A DNA stretch of 64,000 nt, taken from assembly GCA_045645425.1 (NCBI GenBank), contig JAZRIS010000004.1:21817-85816 (forward strand), given 5' to 3'. Position numbers and translations under genes: made by a program. Positions within the stretch are counted from its first letter, which is position 1; the number at the start of each line of letters is the position of its first letter. Below, in pieces: positions 58,004 through 64,000 of this stretch. Origin of the DNA: Barnesiella sp. GTDB lineage: Bacteria > Bacteroidota > Bacteroidia > Bacteroidales > Barnesiellaceae_A. The notes beneath the pieces are model-generated. The model was not told where the DNA came from, did no database searches, and was given only the letters and a program-made list of their open reading frames with translations.

Positions 58004-58160
58004 AAAGATAGTGAAAGGCGAGTGAAGAAGCAAATCAAGCTGGCTTGAAATTTGATTATTCCGAGCCGCATCCTATCTTATCTAAAGATAGTGAAAGGCG
58101 AGTGAAGAAGCAAATCAAGTTTACTTGAAATTTGATTATTCCAAGCCGCATCCTATCTTA
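58004..58160 (-). repeat. two tandem copies (period 80 bp) of a 77-bp intergenic cassette carrying promoter-like -33/-7 boxes oriented toward the U32 gene
   Basis: Copy A (58004-58080) and copy B (58084-58160) differ at 4 positions. On the minus strand each unit reads ..CAAATTTCAAGCCAGCTTGATTTG-20 nt-TATCTTT(G/A). The same unit recurs at 62813-62960. Confidence 0.9.
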
Positions 58161-58239
58161 CGAAAAGACAGCAACAAAGGAGCGAGAGAAATGATACTTA
58201 TTACAACATTGTGCACAGCGAGTGCATAGCAACTTTTTT

Positions 58240-59913
58240 TCAATACTTAAAGCTGCTACCACCCAGAAACTCGCGAAGCAACGATGTGGGAGGTATCTCA
58301 TTCTCCGATAGAGAGCGGAAGTAATGCAAAAACTTGAGCAGACGAGAAGCCTCGGCATACTCGGGGCAGTTGCGAGGAACCGAGCGCAACACCGGTATTG
58401 CATAATCTCTGATTACTGCCAACTCAAAGAGCAATGACGAATTGAACATAGCATGCGCATTCTCCTGATAGGGAAATATCCATTTATCCTCACCGCGACG
58501 CACGCTCGGCCAGCGGGCAATAGTATCTTTGGGCGATACACCTCGTGTCTTGGCATCGCGCACAATGCGACGCAAAAGGCGATTGTCGGTAGTGGGAATA
58601 CAGTTGTGGTCGTCGATAGAGAGCGAGGTGAGCGCCGAGGCATAGATACCATACTTTTGCGATTGAGGAATAGAGGCTGTCAATTCGGGATTGAGCGCAT
58701 GAATACCCTCAAGTATGAGCACCGTATGGGGTGTAAGTTGCATACTCTTGGCATTGTCGATGCGAGTGCCACTCTTGAAATCGTAGGTAGGCAAAGCAAC
58801 CAACTCGCCCGCAAGTAGGCGCTGCAAGTCACTGTTGAAACGTGCCAAGTCGAGCGCATACAACGACTCATAGTCATATTCGCCATGTTCGTCCAACGGA
58901 GTATCTACACGATTGACAAAATAGTCGTCGAGCGATATGGCAGCCGGAATAAGGCGATTGGTCATCAACTGCACCGACAGTCGCTTGGAGAATGTTGTTT
59001 TACCCGACGACGAGGGACCCGAAATAAGCACAATGCGAGCACCCCCTTGATGGAACAGCTCGGCAATATCCTCTGCCATAGCGGCTATCTGCTTCTCATG
59101 CAAGGCCTCGGCTACTTTGATAAGGTCCGATGCCCTATCCTCTTCGATAGCTTTGTTGAGTCGCCCCACTCCACTCAATCCTATAATCTGATTGAATGTG
59201 TTATAACGGTCAAAAGCATCGAGCATCTTCGATTGGTCGATAGGTCGGGCGGCAACGGTAAAATCATCCTTAGACGGAGGCAAGAGCAACATACCATTGG
59301 CATAGGGTTGCAAATCAAACACTTTCAAATATCCCGTTGAAGGCACCAACCAACTATAATACATATCGGCAAGGCCATCCAACTCATAATACTCGGTATA
59401 GAGATCTCCCACCGTTTCCAGTAGCTCTACCTTCTTGGTAAGCCCTTGTCGTTGAAATATCTTGACAACATCGCTCGTGTGAGCCATTTTTTGCTCAAAA
59501 GGAAGGTCATCATCAATAATCGCCTGCATACGAGCACGAAGAGCCTCCACCTTATCCTTCTCAACAGGGGTCTTTGAGTCGCCCAACAAGCAATATTTTC
59601 CATTTGAAACAGAGTGCTCTATGCGCAGTGTTTCTCCGGGGAAAAGCTCATGCACAGCCTTATACAACACAAAGCTGAGCGAGCGTTCATAGGCGCGCAT
59701 GCCCGAAGCATCGGTAATATCGACAAATTCGACATCACAAGTGTTGTATATACGATACCGGAGGCTTTCCGACTTGTTATTAACCCTCGCCACAATAGCA
59801 GGATGCAGCATATTGATAGCCATACGATTATAAAGACTGAGCAATGTTTCACCGCCCTCAACATCGATATAGGAGCGTGTATTACGACAATAAATGGCAA
59901 TAGGCTTGTTCAT
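58240..59913 (-). CDS. nucleoside (uridine-type) kinase family protein with an N-terminal TGS-like domain
   Basis: About 557 aa from ATG 59913 (MNKPIAIYCRNT) with a P-loop ISGPSSSGKTTFSKRL in the C-terminal kinase half. Confidence 0.8.
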   Translation of the reverse strand: MNKPIAIYCRNTRSYIDVEGGETLLSLYNRMAINMLHPAIVARVNNKSESLRYRIYNTCDVEFVDITDASGMRAYERSLSFVLYKAVHELFPGETLRIEHSVSNGKYCLLGDSKTPVEKDKVEALRARMQAIIDDDLPFEQKMAHTSDVVKIFQRQGLTKKVELLETVGDLYTEYYELDGLADMYYSWLVPSTGYLKVFDLQPYANGMLLLPPSKDDFTVAARPIDQSKMLDAFDRYNTFNQIIGLSGVGRLNKAIEEDRASDLIKVAEALHEKQIAAMAEDIAELFHQGGARIVLISGPSSSGKTTFSKRLSVQLMTNRLIPAAISLDDYFVNRVDTPLDEHGEYDYESLYALDLARFNSDLQRLLAGELVALPTYDFKSGTRIDNAKSMQLTPHTVLILEGIHALNPELTASIPQSQKYGIYASALTSLSIDDHNCIPTTDNRLLRRIVRDAKTRGVSPKDTIARWPSVRRGEDKWIFPYQENAHAMFNSSLLFELAVIRDYAIPVLRSVPRNCPEYAEASRLLKFLHYFRSLSENEIPPTSLLREFLGGSSFKY

Positions 59914-60092
59914 GGTGTGCAGGTTTGATAAGAATGTTAAAATTTGAAACGATGCCAAAATATATCATTCAATTTTATCACAAATATTTTTATTTGTTTA
60001 TTTTTGCAAATAAATTTGGCGACCTGTTTTTATGGTGCTAAAATAACAAATAAAAGCGAAAAATACAACTAAAATATCCAAAATTAAACGTA

Positions 60093-61856
60093 ATGGAATA
60101 CTCGTTTTTTGACTTTTTGACACTTGTAGGAGCATTAGGAATGTTCCTATATGGAATGAAAATCATGAGTGAAGGCTTGCAAAAAGCCGCTGGCGACCGC
60201 ATGCAGAAGATACTCTCATCGATGACCAACAATCGCTTCATGGGCGTATTTACCGGTATGCTCATCACAGCACTCATCCAATCTTCTTCGGCCACAACCG
60301 TTATGGTTGTAAGTTTTGTCAATGCCGGACTCTTGACACTTACACAATCTATAGCCGTAATCATGGGTGCCAACGTAGGTACTACCGTGACTGCATGGAT
60401 TATCTCCATATTTGGTTTTACTGTAAAGATTGCAGACGTGGTTTTCCCCGTTATGGCTATCTCTATCCCTCTTATCTTCTCAAAGAACAACCAGCGCCGC
60501 TACTGGGGTGAGTTCCTCATTGGCTTCTCGCTACTCTTCTTGGGTATGGAGTTTATGAAAGATTCGGTACCCAATTTGCAAGACAACCCCGGAGCATTGG
60601 AGTTCCTCAACAGATACACCAATATGGGATATGGCTCGGTACTGCTTTTCCTTTTAATAGGCTCCATCATGACCATCATCATGCAATCATCCAGTGCAAC
60701 AATGGCCATCACACTCATTATGTGTGCCCAAGGCTGGATATCATTTGAGATTGCGGCTGCCATGGTACTTGGAGAAAATATAGGTACAACCATTACCGCA
60801 AACATGGCAGCCCTGTCGGCCAATGTATCGGCCAAACGAGCAGCCTTTGCGCACTTCCTATTCAATATATTCGGTGTGTGCTGGATGTTGATATTCTTCT
60901 TCCCCTTCACACGCATGATTATTGCCCTTGTAGGACATATCAATGGTATGACAACCGACGAGGTGAGCTATCTCCTCAACTCATCGGCATCACTTCTCCC
61001 CGCCGACGAAGCTGCTCGCGCCGCAACAACCGTTTCGTTCTCATTGGCCCTTTTCCACTCGGTATTCAATGTATGCAACGTTCTCATCATGATATGGTTT
61101 GTCAAGTTGTATGAGAAGATTGTTACTACCGTTATCAAACAAAAGAGCGCTACCGACGAAGAGTTCCAACTCAAGTATATCAGTACAGGTATGATGGCCG
61201 CATCGGAATTGAACTTGCCTCAAGCACGCCAAGAGATTGTGGTATATGCCGAGCGTGTACGTCGTATGTTTACAATGGTACAAGACCTTTTGCACGAAAA
61301 AGAGGGTAGCGAAGCATACTCAAAACTATACAGCCGCATAGAAAAGTATGAGCAAATATGCGACCGTATGGAGATAGAGATAGCCTCTTTCTTGAACAAA
61401 GTGGTAAGTGGTCGATTGAGTTACGATGGCAAGTTGCAAGTAAACTCGATGCTCACCATGGTTACCGAGATAGAAAGTATAGGCGACTGTTGCTACAACT
61501 TGGCTCGCACACTTGTGCGCAAGCAAGAGGCCGGTGTGAAGTTCAACGAAGAAATCATGGCCAATATAGATGCCCTCATGGCTCTTGATGCCGATGCTCT
61601 CGACAGCCTTATTACCATATTATCAAAGAGCGAGAATAGCGATATTATAGCAGCATACAACAAGGAGAATGAGATAAACAACTTCCGCAACCAGTTGCGC
61701 GCTGCCAATATGGACAACATCAATGCCCAACACTACAACTACCAAGAGGGTATATACTACATGGACATCGTTGCCGAGGCCGAAAACTTGGGCGACTATA
61801 TTGTCAATGTTGTAGATGCTGTCAAGCAACAATCGCGACACAAAATGAAGATTTAA
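60093..61856 (+). CDS. Na/Pi cotransporter family protein with a C-terminal PhoU-like domain
   Basis: 587 aa. The N-terminal half is polytopic with duplicated ..QSSSAT.. motifs (LIQSSSATTVMVV and IMQSSSATMAITL). The C-terminal ~230 aa are soluble and helical. Confidence 0.9.
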   Translation: MEYSFFDFLTLVGALGMFLYGMKIMSEGLQKAAGDRMQKILSSMTNNRFMGVFTGMLITALIQSSSATTVMVVSFVNAGLLTLTQSIAVIMGANVGTTVTAWIISIFGFTVKIADVVFPVMAISIPLIFSKNNQRRYWGEFLIGFSLLFLGMEFMKDSVPNLQDNPGALEFLNRYTNMGYGSVLLFLLIGSIMTIIMQSSSATMAITLIMCAQGWISFEIAAAMVLGENIGTTITANMAALSANVSAKRAAFAHFLFNIFGVCWMLIFFFPFTRMIIALVGHINGMTTDEVSYLLNSSASLLPADEAARAATTVSFSLALFHSVFNVCNVLIMIWFVKLYEKIVTTVIKQKSATDEEFQLKYISTGMMAASELNLPQARQEIVVYAERVRRMFTMVQDLLHEKEGSEAYSKLYSRIEKYEQICDRMEIEIASFLNKVVSGRLSYDGKLQVNSMLTMVTEIESIGDCCYNLARTLVRKQEAGVKFNEEIMANIDALMALDADALDSLITILSKSENSDIIAAYNKENEINNFRNQLRAANMDNINAQHYNYQEGIYYMDIVAEAENLGDYIVNVVDAVKQQSRHKMKI

Positions 61857-61881
61857 ACTTTACCAATCTATACTTGAAAAC

Positions 61882-61920
61882 AAGATGCCGACTACTTCTC
61901 GTGGCCGGCATCTTATTTTA
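61882..61920 (+). terminator. intrinsic terminator after the Na/Pi cotransporter gene
   Basis: aagatgccg-15 nt-cggcatctt followed by atttta. Confidence 0.6.
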
Positions 61921-62002
61921 TCTCACATAGGTGCTATGGTTGCAATGAAATAGCCTCTATGTTATGTATTATTTCTTAAATAGGAGAGAGAAAACTACTT
62001 AT

Positions 62003-62779
62003 TTATCCTGCGACATTGATATCTATGCCAAGAGCTTTGACACGCTCACCTATGGCACGAAGCTCCTCAACGGGTACTTTTTCGAGCGATTGCTCGGGTG
62101 TGGCACGGTCGATAGAGTATATTTGCACCTGACGAGGACGAATGCGCTCTATGGCCTTGAGCCAGTCGGCTATTTCCTCCTCGGTAGTATTATCTACACG
62201 CTGTCCGTTGTGTGTACCGCGAGTAAACATGGTCTGTACAATACAATCGCCCTCAAATCTCTCTATCGCTCTCACAACACGCTCCGGATCGCAATGACCG
62301 GCGGGCACATTGAGCATGCGCATGGTGTCGGCATGCATGGTGTCGAGCTTGAGGCAGTTGTTATCTATCTTGCATAGGGCACGGAAAACACCATCATCCT
62401 CCAATCGGGTAGAATTGGTCAATACTGTAATTTTGGCCAAGGGGTAAAACTCGTCACGCAAGGCAATAGTATCATCGATAATAGCCTCAAACTCCGGATG
62501 CAACGTAGGCTCGCCATTGCCGGCAAAGGTAATAACATCGAGAGGGCTGTCCTCCTCACGCATCCGGGCAAGTTTGTCCTTCAGTGCCTCTCGCACCTCC
62601 TCTCGGGTATGTATTTTACGGTCATCGCGATTATCGGCATTGTATCCACACTCGCAATATATACAATCATACGAACACCACTTACCTTCGAGAGGCAACA
62701 AATTGACACCCAACGAAACACCCAATCGACGACTGCGAATAGGTCCGAAAATGATTTCGTGAAACAGAACAGTAGGCAT
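62003..62779 (-). CDS. radical SAM protein
   Basis: 258 aa. GPIRSRRLGVSLGVNL..KWCSYDCIYCECG contains the CxxxCxxC cluster motif. Confidence 0.85.
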   Translation of the reverse strand: MPTVLFHEIIFGPIRSRRLGVSLGVNLLPLEGKWCSYDCIYCECGYNADNRDDRKIHTREEVREALKDKLARMREEDSPLDVITFAGNGEPTLHPEFEAIIDDTIALRDEFYPLAKITVLTNSTRLEDDGVFRALCKIDNNCLKLDTMHADTMRMLNVPAGHCDPERVVRAIERFEGDCIVQTMFTRGTHNGQRVDNTTEEEIADWLKAIERIRPRQVQIYSIDRATPEQSLEKVPVEELRAIGERVKALGIDINVAG

Positions 62780-62812
62780 ATATCGATATTTTTAGTTTAC
62801 ATTCAATGAGGC

Positions 62813-62960
62813 AAAGATAGTGAAAGGCGAGAGAAGAAGCAAATCATGCTTGCTTGAAATTTGATTATTCCGAGCCGCATCCTATCTTATCTAAAGATAG
62901 TGAAAGGCGAGTGAAGAAGCAAATCATGCTTGTTTGAAAAATAGATTATTGCAAGGTATC
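62813..62960 (-). repeat. second tandem pair of the 80-bp promoter-like cassette, oriented toward the radical SAM gene
   Basis: Copy C (62813-62889) differs from copy A at 3 positions. Copy D (62893-about 62960) matches for the first ~45 nt and then degenerates. Confidence 0.9.
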
Positions 62961-63025
62961 ATAAAGAAGAAGGGTGTGCCATAACAAGTATAGACACACC
63001 CTCGACTATTGTTTCTACTCACACA

Positions 63026-63673
63026 TCAATGGTCGTGACGAATGGCCGATTTACGACCGGCACGGTTTACCATGCGAGTAGGGCCTTTTATCTCTATCTC
63101 GCCACTACCCACGACATTGGCATTGAGGGTATCGGTACAACGGCACTCTATGCTGCCCGAGCCATTTACAGTAGCATCGAGATATTCTACACGAAACTCG
63201 TCGGCATCTATATCGCCACTACCATTCACACTATACTCGGCCTTATCACATGAGCCTGTAATCTCAATATCGCCACTACCCGATAGGGTGGCAGTAAAAC
63301 TTTCATTATTGAGGTTTTTTACATCTACATCGCCGCTACCACCGGCCACTACGCACAACAAGTCGGGAGCTGTAATGATAACTTTTACGCGCGACACTTG
63401 GGTATTCTCCTTATTTCCCACCACAAGAGTCTTTCCCATGAGAGTAAGATTGACATTACCAACCTGTTGAGGATCTCCATAGACACTTACTGTCTGCTCG
63501 TTGCGCTGTGTAAACTCTATATCAAATGAGGCATTTGATATAATATTTTCAAAATATCCTATATTATCGATATTTTGCGTTACATAATTCATGTGATTAT
63601 CATCGTCACTCCATGCCACACCGGTAGAAAGAGCAACTGCCATACACAAGGCAATGAAATTTTTCTTGTTCAT
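63026..63673 (-). CDS. head GIN-domain (DUF2807) protein, secreted
   Basis: About 215 aa from ATG 63673 (MNKKNFIALCMAVALSTGVAWS) with repeated ..GSGDI(E/D).. beta-helix-like motifs. Confidence 0.8.
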   Translation of the reverse strand: MNKKNFIALCMAVALSTGVAWSDDDNHMNYVTQNIDNIGYFENIISNASFDIEFTQRNEQTVSVYGDPQQVGNVNLTLMGKTLVVGNKENTQVSRVKVIITAPDLLCVVAGGSGDVDVKNLNNESFTATLSGSGDIEITGSCDKAEYSVNGSGDIDADEFRVEYLDATVNGSGSIECRCTDTLNANVVGSGEIEIKGPTRMVNRAGRKSAIRHDH

Positions 63674-63699
63674 AGTTCTATTTATTAATATGTTTATAA

Positions 63700-64000
63700 T
63701 CAATCTATATCACGCACCACACGACCTGTTGTTGTCACTTGCAACATAGCAGGGCCTTGATACTTTATCTCGCCCAAGGCTGTGGTATGCGCTTCGAGAT
63801 ACTCAAGCACATAACATTCTATATCGCCGTTACCATCTACCGAAGCTGTCATCTTGGTAGCCTTCATTCTATCGGCATCTATCTCGCCCGAACCATCTAC
63901 TCGCAACACTGCCTCTTGAACGGCACCTTGCAACGATATAGTACCGCCACCTATCACCTCAGCAGTGAGGAAGGGCACATCCAACGCTTGCACTTCAATA
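63700..64000 (-). CDS. second GIN-domain (DUF2807) protein, C-terminal part (gene continues past the window end)
   Basis: The open frame reaches the window edge, with ..VDGSGEIDA..VDGNGDIEC.. repeats like its neighbour. Confidence 0.7.
   Translation of the reverse strand, partial: IEVQALDVPFLTAEVIGGGTISLQGAVQEAVLRVDGSGEIDADRMKATKMTASVDGNGDIECYVLEYLEAHTTALGEIKYQGPAMLQVTTTGRVVRDID

Noticed and set aside
57979-58071. N-terminal extension of the U32 ORF (track start 58071) and ORF 58158-58403
   Set aside because: The extension would be translated from the repeat cassette and promoter boxes. The conserved U32 N-terminus begins at MKREEFEIMAPVG (ATG 57978). The other ORF overlaps the repeat and the kinase gene's 3' end and has no features.
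58003-58160. Invertible promoter (inverton) interpretation of the 80-bp cassettes
   Set aside because: The terminal inverted repeats are only about 7 bp (aagatag/ctatctt). The units are in direct tandem orientation at both loci with the promoter boxes pointing at the downstream gene. No site-specific recombinase is nearby.
1-64000. CRISPR arrays, rRNA genes, IS elements and prophage genes
   Set aside because: No regularly spaced direct repeats with unique spacers were seen, nor rRNA-like sequence, transposase or integrase ORFs, or phage structural genes. The only repeat families are the 80-bp cassettes, the 12-bp in-frame repeat and the shared terminator arms.

Overview
This window is a chromosomal segment of a Bacteroidota (Bacteroidales-type) genome. 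Most operons carry the TAnnTTTG -7 promoter motif, many genes encode lipoprotein or outer-membrane signal peptides, and one surface protein has a T9SS-type C-terminal sorting domain. Most of the window is housekeeping: the pyrB 5' end, thrA, apbE, an msbA-like ABC exporter, mntP, speA, truA, fba, yceD-rpmF-fabH, era, der, a POT peptide transporter, cdd, dnaX, ansA, asd, ruvB, ald, pnp, greA, tRNA-Gly and tRNA-Leu, a U32/TPR/beta-barrel operon, a Na/Pi symporter and a radical SAM gene. The only clearly accessory block is a seven-gene, about 9.7 kb type I restriction-modification operon (41779-51449, minus strand) beside the tRNA pair. In it, four passenger ORFs separate hsdM, hsdS and hsdR: an AlbA_2/Schlafen-like protein, a 236-aa single-TM protein, a 76-aa ORF translationally coupled to hsdS, and a 397-aa Mrr-like nuclease fusion. 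I cannot assign the last three to any named family, and they are my best candidate for an undescribed defence or accessory module. Other points worth a second look are an 80-bp intergenic cassette carrying a consensus promoter, present as tandem pairs at two loci, and terminator-containing leaders in front of pyrB (with a leader ORF), mntP (overlapping antiterminator and terminator helices) and greA. A U32 'peptidase' carries the CX6CX15CX3C Fe-S motif, and an LRR/T9SS surface protein has two CBM26-like modules. I found no rRNA, CRISPR array, transposase or integrase. All calls come from reading the sequence and the ORF track by eye, with no database searches.
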